Positions 1-7,371 of a DNA stretch of 64,000 nucleotides are shown here, one piece after another (position 1 is the first letter of the stretch; each line of letters opens with the position of its first letter). Origin of the DNA: an uncultured Gammaproteobacteria bacterium (GTDB taxonomy: Bacteria > Patescibacteriota > Patescibacteriia > PEXW01); assembly GCA_964486505.1 (NCBI GenBank), contig CAZAMC010000001.1, positions 26,748 to 90,747 of the forward strand, given 5' to 3'. A model generated the notes under the pieces. The model worked only from the letters and a program-made list of their open reading frames with translations, did no database searches and was not told the DNA's origin. Position numbers and translations under genes: made by a program.

Positions 1-336
1 GATGACGCCGAATTGGGCGTGCTCTATCGGAATGCTTTCGCCTACGTCTTCCCGAGTTTGTACGAAGGTTTTGGCCTGCCCCCACTCGAAGCAATGGCGC
101 AGGGCACGCCGGTGATTTCTTCAGACGCGGCGTGTATGCCAGAAGTGCTTGGCACTGCGGCGTTGTATTTTACGCCGAAGAGTGTTCGGAGTTTTACCGA
201 CGCCCTTCAGCAGCTAGCGAACGATCCAGGAGTCCGGCCGCGCTTAATTGCGGCTGGCCACCAACAAGTGGCGCAGTACTCATGGCAGGACTTGGCGACC
301 GCAACACTCCAGGTGTACCATGCCAACGCACGATAA
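1..336 (+). CDS. Glycosyltransferase family 4 (GT1 fold), C-terminal fragment; the gene starts upstream of the window
   Basis: Motif [21 protein letters not shown] matches the GT4 E-x7-E sugar-donor binding region. The frame is open to the window edge. Confidence 0.7.
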   Translation, partial: DDAELGVLYRNAFAYVFPSLYEGFGLPPLEAMAQGTPVISSDAACMPEVLGTAALYFTPKSVRSFTDALQQLANDPGVRPRLIAAGHQQVAQYSWQDLATATLQVYHANAR

Positions 337-342
337 CCTTGT

Positions 343-2574
343 ATGAGCACCCGACGAACTGGCGATATTCCCGATGAAAACATCCTCGACCTGCGCGCTC
401 AGCCGCAGGAAGACCCCCATGGGCTAAAACCAAAGCGGGGGAAGAAGCAACACGTGGATTTCCTCTCGCTGGTAGAAGAAGGTGAAGAGCGAGTAACCGA
501 AAAAGTTCACAGCTTTTTTCGGCGTCGGGAGAAGCCACAATCAACAGTTGCACCAGTTGAAGTACCGACCATTGTTGAAACGGCGGCACCGCCGCCCTCA
601 CCGCGCTCCGCATCTCTACCAAATCGAAAGGTGCCCTTTGGGGCGGCGATTCGTTTTGCCGTTTTACTCCTCCTCCTGACGGCGGGGGTTGTTGGTGCCC
701 GCACGCTCGGTAATGTGCAACGTGCGAAGGCTGACGTTTTAGGAACGTCGGCCGAAGCCTTGCAACGCGTCTTGGCTGCTGGCACTGCCGCGCAGGATTT
801 GCAGTTCAACACTTCTGCCGATGAGCTGCAGGCAGCGCAGCAAGCATTCGCTACTGCTGAACAGCAACTCCTGGATGTGGCTGGGTCGCTTTCCAGCCTG
901 CCCGGCGCAGGCAAAGTTCGCCGCGCGCAAGCGTTGCTGGAAGCCGGGCAAGTGGTCACGCAAGCAGCGGCCAAACTGGCGCATGGCGCTCAGGCTTTGG
1001 CCGACGAAGGTGACGGTCTGCCCCTGCTGCGTATCGTCGAGCAATTCCGCACAAGCCTTGCTCCGGCAGCGGTTGACTTGGCTCGTGCAGCAGAGCTCCT
1101 GCAGGAAGTCCAACCAGCGGATATTCCAGAGACGTACCGCGATGCCTTTACAGCTATGCAAGCGCAACTGCCTAGCTTGGAGCAGCAGTTCCGACGGTTG
1201 GAACGGGTGGGCAGTTTCTTGGAGCAGTTTTTAGCCGTTGATGGCACGCCGAAGCGCTACCTCTTCCTTTTTCAGAATTCCAACGAACTGCGGCCTACCG
1301 GTGGCTTCCTTGGGAGCATGGCGGTTGTGGATGTTTCCGGCGGCGCCATTGCGAAAGTAGAGATCCCCTCAGGCGGCATCTACGACATTGCGGGTCAAAC
1401 CGGCTTGCGCTACGTGGCGCCCGAACCCATGCAGCTGGTGCAAGCGAACTGGAACCTGCAGGATGCAAACTGGTTTCCAGATTTTCCCACCTCCGCCCAG
1501 AAGGTGCTGGCATTCTACGAGAGTGCGGGCGAGCCGTCCGTTGATGGCGTAGTTGCATTTACGCCCGCGGTTTTGGAATCGTTTTTGCGGCTCACCGGAC
1601 CGGTTGAAGTGCCCGAGGTCGGGGAGACGTTCACTGCCGAGACCTTTACTACGAAGTTACAAATCCTCATAAAAGAAGCAGAGAAGAAGGATTACACGAA
1701 ACCCAAGCTGGTGCTGGGGTACTTAGCGCCAAAGATTCTTTCGCGGGCGCTTAGCCTAGAGCGCGCGCAGCTCTGGGAGATGTTGGGGAAGTTGCAGGAG
1801 CATTTGGTTAGCCGTGACATTCAGCTGTACTTCACCGATGCCCAGGCACAGGCCACAGTAGCTGACTTGGGGTGGACGGGCGCCCTGCAGACATCGCCGC
1901 GCGATTTCCTCCACGTGAATCGGACCAACCTGGGCGGCGGTAAAACTGATGGGGCCATTGAAGAAGTTGATAGTCATGAGGTGAGCATTGCTCCCGATGG
2001 AACGGTTACCGCCACGCTCACGATAATTCGTAAACACAATGGCCTTGTCGGCGATAAGTTTACCGGGGATCGGAATGTGAGCTACCTGCGTGCGTACGTC
2101 CCGCAGGGGAGTGAGCTCTTGAGTGCGTCGGGATTTGAGCGGATTGACCCCAAGCGGTTTCGGGCGCCCTCGCCCGACCGCGTGCCCGATCCTGATCTTG
2201 TGGCGCTGGACGCGGGCGCAATCGTTGATGCCACATCGGGGACGCGCGTGAGTCAGGAAGGGGGGCGTACCGTGTTTGGGAACTGGATGGGTGTGGGCCC
2301 GGGTGAAGTAGCAAAGGCAACAATCACGTACCGTTTACCTTTCACGCTGAAGGTGGGAGGGCTGCTAGATCGGTCGGATTCGTACAGCCTGTTAGTGCAA
2401 ATGCAGCCTGGAACGCGCGTCAACTTCTCATCCAAACTTTTCTTCCCTCAGGGTTGGGTAACGTCGTGGACAGGAAGCACGGCGCAGGTGTTCACCCAGG
2501 AGTCCGCCGGCACCTACCGCATGAGCGCAGTGCTGGATCGGGATGCGTACTACGGGATGGTGCTAAAAAAGTAA
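343..2574 (+). CDS. DUF4012-like membrane-anchored protein (single N-terminal TM, large extracytoplasmic domain)
   Basis: 743-aa ORF with an N-terminal hydrophobic segment (FAVLLLLLTAGVVGA). Central motif FLFQNSNELRPTGGFLGSMAVVDVSGG matches the DUF4012 signature recalled from surface-polysaccharide loci. Confidence 0.55.
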   Translation: MSTRRTGDIPDENILDLRAQPQEDPHGLKPKRGKKQHVDFLSLVEEGEERVTEKVHSFFRRREKPQSTVAPVEVPTIVETAAPPPSPRSASLPNRKVPFGAAIRFAVLLLLLTAGVVGARTLGNVQRAKADVLGTSAEALQRVLAAGTAAQDLQFNTSADELQAAQQAFATAEQQLLDVAGSLSSLPGAGKVRRAQALLEAGQVVTQAAAKLAHGAQALADEGDGLPLLRIVEQFRTSLAPAAVDLARAAELLQEVQPADIPETYRDAFTAMQAQLPSLEQQFRRLERVGSFLEQFLAVDGTPKRYLFLFQNSNELRPTGGFLGSMAVVDVSGGAIAKVEIPSGGIYDIAGQTGLRYVAPEPMQLVQANWNLQDANWFPDFPTSAQKVLAFYESAGEPSVDGVVAFTPAVLESFLRLTGPVEVPEVGETFTAETFTTKLQILIKEAEKKDYTKPKLVLGYLAPKILSRALSLERAQLWEMLGKLQEHLVSRDIQLYFTDAQAQATVADLGWTGALQTSPRDFLHVNRTNLGGGKTDGAIEEVDSHEVSIAPDGTVTATLTIIRKHNGLVGDKFTGDRNVSYLRAYVPQGSELLSASGFERIDPKRFRAPSPDRVPDPDLVALDAGAIVDATSGTRVSQEGGRTVFGNWMGVGPGEVAKATITYRLPFTLKVGGLLDRSDSYSLLVQMQPGTRVNFSSKLFFPQGWVTSWTGSTAQVFTQESAGTYRMSAVLDRDAYYGMVLKK

Positions 2575-2697
2575 CGTCATTGCGACCCCCATGAGGTCGT
2601 TGTTCAGAAACCACGAAAGAGCCAGCATAGCCAGCATTTAATAGCGTCAGTAAATGGCTCAGTTGAGCCATTTTGGCTTACCTTAGCCATATTTAGT

Positions 2698-2726
2698 CTT
2701 GACACAGTATGCACAGGCGTGTATAC
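2698..2726 (+). promoter_or_regulatory. Consensus sigma70-type promoter (TTGACA-17 nt-TATACT)
   Basis: Direct read: ttgaca cagtatgcacaggcgtg tatact. No convincing long ORF lies downstream; the repeats and small ORFs follow. Confidence 0.5.
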
Positions 2727-2915
2727 TGCTCCGTTACGTTGAAAATCTAGCATTTCCCCTAGTAGTCCAGTTTGCCGAAAGAGAGAGCGGCCAGCCGGAC
2801 AAGCCCAATGTTGCTATTGGGCGTATCCCAGGTGCTCTCTCGCAGAGGACCTGCGTTTTGTGTGCAGCGATATGGAGGGGGTTGTGCTTACGAAAGTAAG
2901 CGCAAGCGAGATGTG

Positions 2916-3020
2916 AGGGAGCGGTATCGCGTGGGGTTTACTCCACAAAGACACTTAACCTTCGTTGGGGTGCGGGCTTCGGTCCAAAGCACCCTACGTC
3001 TCACCTCCAGATCGTTACGC
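2916..3020. repeat. Copy A of a ~100-nt direct repeat (shared 38-nt identical core ggagcggtatcgcgtggggtttactccacaaagacact)
   Basis: Aligned by eye to copy B at 3075-3185, roughly 85 percent identity. Both end with tcacctccagat. Confidence 0.6.
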
Positions 3021-3074
3021 GCAATCGCCCATGCAATTTGACAATTCTTTCTATCAACTTGGAGGCGAATTTTT

Positions 3075-3185
3075 CGATGGAGCGGTATCGCGTGGGGTTT
3101 ACTCCACAAAGACACTCAACCGTCACTCGGGCGTGGGCTTCGGTCCAAAACGCCTTTCACTCACCTCCAGATTGATGGAAGGAAC
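3075..3185. repeat. Copy B of the ~100-nt direct repeat
   Basis: See copy A. Spacing between copies is about 60 nt. The reading frames differ between copies, which argues against a protein-coding repeat. Confidence 0.6.
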
Positions 3186-3208
3186 ATGATTTTATTCTCG
3201 GAGGATGT

Positions 3209-3415
3209 ATGGCAGTTGTTGAGTTCTTACGGCGTAGTCTGCGGTATCTCTATGGGGCACTGCTTCTTATGACCATTCCGGATGAATGGTTTCACGCAGA
3301 GATGGTAGTGCAGGGGATATCCCAACCGAGTATCTGGCGTTCGCGTCAGGATTACATGGGTGGAGCACTACTCTACCGCGCATCGTTTACAAGGGCGTTG
3401 CATTACTTTCAGTAA
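3209..3415 (+). CDS. Hypothetical small protein (68 aa)
   Basis: Strong RBS ggagga 5 nt upstream of ATG. No recognisable domain. Confidence 0.2.
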   Translation: MAVVEFLRRSLRYLYGALLLMTIPDEWFHAEMVVQGISQPSIWRSRQDYMGGALLYRASFTRALHYFQ

Positions 3416-3717
3416 TCGCTACCCCAGTTGACCTTTGGGCAAGAGAGTTGGATGAAACCTTCTCTCTTTCTCATCCCGAACGATCTTCATCGAAGGTCAC
3501 TCGAGATGAGCAACATTTCCCTCTTCGATATGGAGGGGTTTGGGTACTGGTGGTGCTAGCATTGCGGCGGGTTTCACTCGCCAAAAACGTTTGGCCCATC
3601 ACCGCGCATCGCAGCTTCGGCTGCAAAGGTGCGCACATGTCCAGGGGTTTCCCCTGGCTCTCTTGCCCACGCCTCCAGATCGAAGAAGGAAAACAAGAAT
3701 CTCAAAGCGAGGTAGAT

Positions 3718-3972
3718 ATGCAGATCATAAGACTGTTTCGTGCGGTAAAGACGACTGTCCGATGGCAATACGAAGAGTACCAGCATCGCAAAAGGCAGCG
3801 AAAAGCGTGGCAAGATACCATCCGCACAATCGACCAGTATATGGCCGAAGCGCGGGAAAAACGCTTCCGGTATTCAGAAGCCGGTCTGACCAAGGCGGTC
3901 CTTCGCATGCACAGGTTTGAATTGAGGTTGGTGTTCGCGAAGGAAATCTGCGTGGCGATGTTGAGTCGCTAA
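3718..3972 (+). CDS. Hypothetical small basic protein (84 aa)
   Basis: RBS gaggt 4 nt upstream of ATG. Helical, Lys/Arg-rich sequence, no recognisable domain. Confidence 0.2.
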   Translation: MQIIRLFRAVKTTVRWQYEEYQHRKRQRKAWQDTIRTIDQYMAEAREKRFRYSEAGLTKAVLRMHRFELRLVFAKEICVAMLSR

Positions 3973-4002
3973 GCAATTACCAAATCCAGTTAAGGGAGGA
4001 AA

Positions 4003-4125
4003 GATGATAGCATTGTTCATTTCAGCAAGCGTGGTACTGGCCATCGTCATTCTATACTCGGTGGTGTACTACCGGGTGATAACTGCGGTCAGTTCGTGCG
4101 TTGCTAAGTTCGCCCCGTTGCGCTA
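4003..4125 (+). CDS. Hypothetical 40-aa hydrophobic peptide (MIALFISASVVLAIVILYSVVYYRVITAVSSCVAKFAPLR)
   Basis: RBS agggagg 5-6 nt upstream of ATG. Single predicted TM helix. Not in the ORF track because it is under 60 aa. Confidence 0.3.
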
Positions 4126-4347
4126 AGCGGGAAGAGGTAAGCAGGAGCCTTTGTTCTTATCCTGCACTTCCCTCAAACGGTTTCACGACGAAGCCGGGTG
4201 AGGGAAGTAAAAAAATTACGGCTGGTGTGGCGAGGGGCCACCGGATGATAGCCCGGAGCGAAGGAACGCTCGGCACGCAAGTGCACAGGGATCGAAACCC
4301 TTCCAGCCTACAAAATGTTCCAGCGGACTCCCTGCCGCTGGTTTACC

Positions 4348-4387
4348 GAGAAGGGCAGCCAATAGTGTTGCTCCGGCTGCCCTTCTC
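4348..4387 (+). promoter_or_regulatory. Perfect 13-bp stem / 14-nt loop hairpin followed by T-rich tract (candidate terminator/attenuator arm)
   Basis: gagaagggcagcc-aatagtgttgctcc-ggctgcccttctc, then tttctc. Its 3' side overlaps the 5' arm of the downstream leader hairpin, so the two structures are mutually exclusive. Confidence 0.4.
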
Positions 4388-4431
4388 TTTCTCCCCCAAG
4401 CGTTGAAATACTTCGACGGGTGGGGGAGAAG
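4383..4431 (+). promoter_or_regulatory. Leader hairpin element copy 1 (ttctccccc...gcgttgaaatacttcgacgggt...gggggagaa), ~35 nt upstream of the ATG of the 4465 gene
   Basis: Outer stem is ttctccc/gggagaa, with an inner 7-bp stem cgttgaa/ttcgacg. The core is 30/31 identical to copy 2 at 4949-4979. Confidence 0.5.
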
Positions 4432-4464
4432 ATAAGAAAAAGTGAACATAAAAGGAGGCAGTGT

Positions 4465-4893
4465 ATGCGGAAGTTTTTGCTGGACGTGCTGATAATTTTC
4501 GCATTTATCGAAGTCTATCTGTTGTTCGTGGTGGCCTCCATTGACATACTGCCCTTTGCGTATGTCAGTGGCGTGACCTTCTCCGGGTATGTGTGGGCAA
4601 GTTTATTCATCGTTGTGACAATTACGGTCCTACGGTGGGCTCGTAAGAAGCTCGCCGTACGTGACGATGAGTATTTCTTGAAGCTCAAGTACCATTCGGA
4701 AACGTGCAGCGTGGCAATTTTTGTCTTGCTTGCCTGGGAAACCGGCAAAGCTTGGTACATCTGCGGATTGCCCGTGGTCCTCCAGTGCCTATGGGGGATC
4801 ATTACATGTGTCGTGGTCACAGCGTTTGTTGGAATAGTGGTCAGGAGCCATCTCAAACAGAGATACCAGCGCATCCTTTCGGCGCAGCGATAA
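4465..4893 (+). CDS. Small polytopic membrane protein (about 4 TM), hypothetical
   Basis: RBS aaggagg 7 nt upstream of ATG 4465. Hydrophobic segments LLDVLIIFAFIEVYLLFVVA, VWASLFIVVTITVL, VAIFVLLAW and LWGIITCVVVTAFVGIVV. Confidence 0.55.
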   Translation: MRKFLLDVLIIFAFIEVYLLFVVASIDILPFAYVSGVTFSGYVWASLFIVVTITVLRWARKKLAVRDDEYFLKLKYHSETCSVAIFVLLAWETGKAWYICGLPVVLQCLWGIITCVVVTAFVGIVVRSHLKQRYQRILSAQR

Positions 4894-4936
4894 AAAGATT
4901 CTTTGGAAAAGTGGCGAGTTGCACCTGCAGCTCGTC

Positions 4937-4979
4937 CTTCTCCCTCACGCGTTGAAACACTTCGACGGGTGGGGGAGAA
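4937..4979 (+). promoter_or_regulatory. Leader hairpin element copy 2, ~32 nt upstream of the ATG of the 5011 gene
   Basis: ccttctccctcacgcgttgaaacacttcgacgggtgggggagaa has the same nested hairpin as copy 1. Confidence 0.5.
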
Positions 4980-5010
4980 ACACAACAGAACCCACTATCA
5001 AGGAGGATAC

Positions 5011-5433
5011 ATGCAAGGATACCGGCATGTTTTCGAAGGATCACTCTTCATGCTTGGGTGCTTCACTGGGGTGACCTGTGTCATCCTGCTCATGAACCCC
5101 AGTGTGGACGCGCTGCAATTCGTGTGGCAGTACGGCCGTTTCCCGTTTGGCATTGTCATCGCTGCTCTCTACCTAGGAGCGCGAGGTATAGCCTGTACAC
5201 GGACGGAGTTTATCTCGTACAGTCGGGTTGTACTCTTCGTCATCGGGGGGCTGTTCACACTCTTCGGTGTGATTAGCACCGTGGGGAACCTCGTCGGCGA
5301 CGGTACCCAGGATCAAACACTGAATACAGCGTCGGTACTCGCGGTCGGAGCAGCAATGCTTACTGTCAGCTGGTTAACCCGGCGCATTGCCGGCACTTCC
5401 TGCTGGCCACAGGTAAAATCAATGCTCTCGTAG
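5011..5433 (+). CDS. Small polytopic membrane protein (about 4 TM), hypothetical
   Basis: RBS aggagga 5 nt upstream of ATG 5011. Hydrophobic helices throughout. Confidence 0.55.
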   Translation: MQGYRHVFEGSLFMLGCFTGVTCVILLMNPSVDALQFVWQYGRFPFGIVIAALYLGARGIACTRTEFISYSRVVLFVIGGLFTLFGVISTVGNLVGDGTQDQTLNTASVLAVGAAMLTVSWLTRRIAGTSCWPQVKSMLS

Positions 5434-5728
5434 GTCATTGAGGAAGGTGAGTGACATAGGATTGTCGCTCGCCTCTCTCCCAGAGTCCCGCAGTGCGGGA
5501 TTGCGGGAGGGGCTTGCAACCGTAAGGCACGGGCCTATACTCGAGGCGCCTCCTCTGCCCCCGCCCACCGGATACCTTCCTACGATCTCAGGTTTGAAGA
5601 AATCCACTAGGACTCTCTCCCTGCTGGATAGACGTGAACCCGGGTATTAGTCGCACGGTATCGGTGGGCAAGGACAGAGGGGAAAGAGAGAGCGAAAGCA
5701 CCACGCTTGATAAAAGCGTGGTTTTTTC
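5434..5728 (+). ncRNA. Candidate structured leader/cis-regulatory RNA or sRNA ending in an intrinsic terminator immediately upstream of murJ
   Basis: No credible ORF in the region. GC-rich paired segments include ctcccagagtcccgcagtgcgggattgcgggagg. It ends in the terminator at 5700-5728. Confidence 0.3.
5700..5728 (+). terminator. Rho-independent terminator (9-bp stem accacgctt / aagcgtggt, loop gataa, then TTTTTT)
   Basis: Direct read. It lies 18 nt before the murJ ATG (5746) and inside the TTG-started ORF of the track, so it forces the later start. Confidence 0.6.
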
Positions 5729-5745
5729 GTATTCTGCATCCACCT

Positions 5746-7371
5746 ATGTGGACGAAACTCTGGACAAAACTCTCCACCACTATCCTTGGCGGAGCCATCG
5801 TTATTGGCTTTACGGGCATCATTAGCCGGTTCCTGGGGTTGCTCCGTGACCGGCTTCTGGCCAGTGAGTTTGGCGGTAGCGGTGCGCTCGACCCGTACTT
5901 CGCTGCATTTAAGCTACCCGACTTCATCTTTAACGTCCTCGTCCTGGGGGCGCTTTCGTCTTCGTTCATTCCAGTTTTTGTTCAGTACCTGAAGAAAGAA
6001 GAAGGTGGCCTCACACGAGATAGCGAAGCGTGGCGCATTGCGAACTCTGTGCTCAATCTCTTGCTCATCGTTCTCATTGGACTCGGCATTCTCTTCTTCG
6101 CTTTTGCCAACCAGCTCGTCCCCCTCATCGCCCCGGGCTTTTCCGGAGAGCAATTGGAAACGACAATCCACCTAAGCCGTATCATGTTGGTGGCAATTAT
6201 TTTCTTTGGCGCGAGCAATATTGTTTCGGCAATCCTTAACTCCTTCAAGCGCTTCTTCGCGTTCGCGCTAGCGCCGGTTCTCTACAACCTCGGCATCATC
6301 TTGGGCATTGTGGTCTTTGTCCCGAAGTGGGGGCTTGTCGGGCTTGCTTACGGTGTGGTTGTGGGCGCCTTTGCGCACCTGGTCATACAGCTACCAGGCG
6401 TCTTCCGAGTGGGCTTTCGGTACCAACGCATTCTGGATCTGAAGCACGCGGGCGTGAGGCAAATTGGCAAGCTCATGTTACCGCGAACATTTGGTTTGGC
6501 GGTTAATCAAATTGACCAGCTGGTGAGCACCATCATTGCCTCGGGCCTTGCTGCTGGGAGCCTGACGCAATTCAACTTTGCGAATAACCTCCAGAATTTT
6601 CCAATTAATGTGTTTGGCGTTTCTCTGGCCATTGCGGTGTTCCCAGCATTTTCCGAAGCGTATGCGGCAAAAGATATGCAGGCTTTTGTCGTACACTTTT
6701 CTCGAACCGTTCGCCGCTTGTTGGTTGTCATGATCCCGGCCTCGATCCTGCTTCTCATTCTGCGGGCGCAGATTGTGCGGGTGGTCGTGGGCGCACAGGC
6801 TTTTGACTGGGACGCCACCTACCAGACAGCCCAAGTGCTGGGCTACTTCACTCTTTCCATTTTTGCTCAGGCGCTCATTCCCATCCTGGCACGGTCGTTC
6901 TACGCTCTGCACGATACGGCAACTCCGGTGAAGGTTGGCATTGTGGCTGTTGCGGTTGACATTGCCGCCGCCCTCAGCCTGGCGCCGCGGTATGGGGTCA
7001 TTGGTCTAGCGCTCGCTTTTTCCATTTCCAGTTTGGTAAACATGCTGAGCCTCTACATTATTCTTCGGCGCCGCATAGGGGACTTGGACGATGCACGCAT
7101 TTCTCGCACGACCCTAAAAATTGTGCTTGCCTCGTTGGTGGCAGGCGGGGTGGCGTGGTTGGTACTGCGCTTTGCCGCGCTCGGTGTTGATATGCGCTCG
7201 CTCGTTGGCATCTTCTTGCAAGGTTTCGTTGCGGGGTGTGCCGGAATTTTTGCCTTCCTCGTTGCGGCCTCGATCTTGCGGGTTGAAGAGGTGCAAGTTC
7301 TGCATAGCTGGTGGAGACGGGTCGTGGCATTCCTTCGCAATGGCTCGCGTAACGGGACCGTTCAGCCATGA
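5746..7371 (+). CDS. murJ: Lipid II flippase MurJ (MviN)
   Basis: FAAFKLPDFIFNVLVLGALSSSFIPVF is the MurJ N-terminal signature. The protein has about 14 TM segments, and the C-terminal region is also typical. Start is placed at the first ATG after the terminator. Confidence 0.85.
   Translation: MWTKLWTKLSTTILGGAIVIGFTGIISRFLGLLRDRLLASEFGGSGALDPYFAAFKLPDFIFNVLVLGALSSSFIPVFVQYLKKEEGGLTRDSEAWRIANSVLNLLLIVLIGLGILFFAFANQLVPLIAPGFSGEQLETTIHLSRIMLVAIIFFGASNIVSAILNSFKRFFAFALAPVLYNLGIILGIVVFVPKWGLVGLAYGVVVGAFAHLVIQLPGVFRVGFRYQRILDLKHAGVRQIGKLMLPRTFGLAVNQIDQLVSTIIASGLAAGSLTQFNFANNLQNFPINVFGVSLAIAVFPAFSEAYAAKDMQAFVVHFSRTVRRLLVVMIPASILLLILRAQIVRVVVGAQAFDWDATYQTAQVLGYFTLSIFAQALIPILARSFYALHDTATPVKVGIVAVAVDIAAALSLAPRYGVIGLALAFSISSLVNMLSLYIILRRRIGDLDDARISRTTLKIVLASLVAGGVAWLVLRFAALGVDMRSLVGIFLQGFVAGCAGIFAFLVAASILRVEEVQVLHSWWRRVVAFLRNGSRNGTVQP

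Noticed and set aside
194-2435. Numerous 60-160-aa ORFs on the strand opposite the DUF4012 gene and in alternate frames (for example 507-974 -, 739-1167 -, 821-1234 +)
   Set aside because: These are typical shadow ORFs of GC-rich coding DNA. They are Arg/Ala/Ser-rich and low-complexity, have no RBS, and are fully contained in a well-supported gene.
2916-3185. CRISPR array
   Set aside because: There are only two repeat copies, about 100 nt long and imperfect, with no short regular spacer structure.
3286-3972. 228-aa ORF from the track
   Set aside because: The N-terminal two thirds have no coding-like composition and span the repeat region. Only the last 84 codons, with their own RBS, are kept as a low-confidence small ORF.
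4250-4340. Possible c-di-GMP-I (GEMM) riboswitch, based on a GCACAGGG...AAACC similarity
   Set aside because: Only a short core resembles the Vc2 aptamer. I could not align the second helix or the tetraloop-receptor region. It is kept only as an unspecified structured leader.
2575-5745. tRNA, tmRNA, RNase P or SRP RNA in the low-coding island
   Set aside because: I found no GTTCGAATC-type T-loop, no tmRNA tag-peptide frame with a 3' CCA-like end, and no RNase P or SRP conserved blocks.
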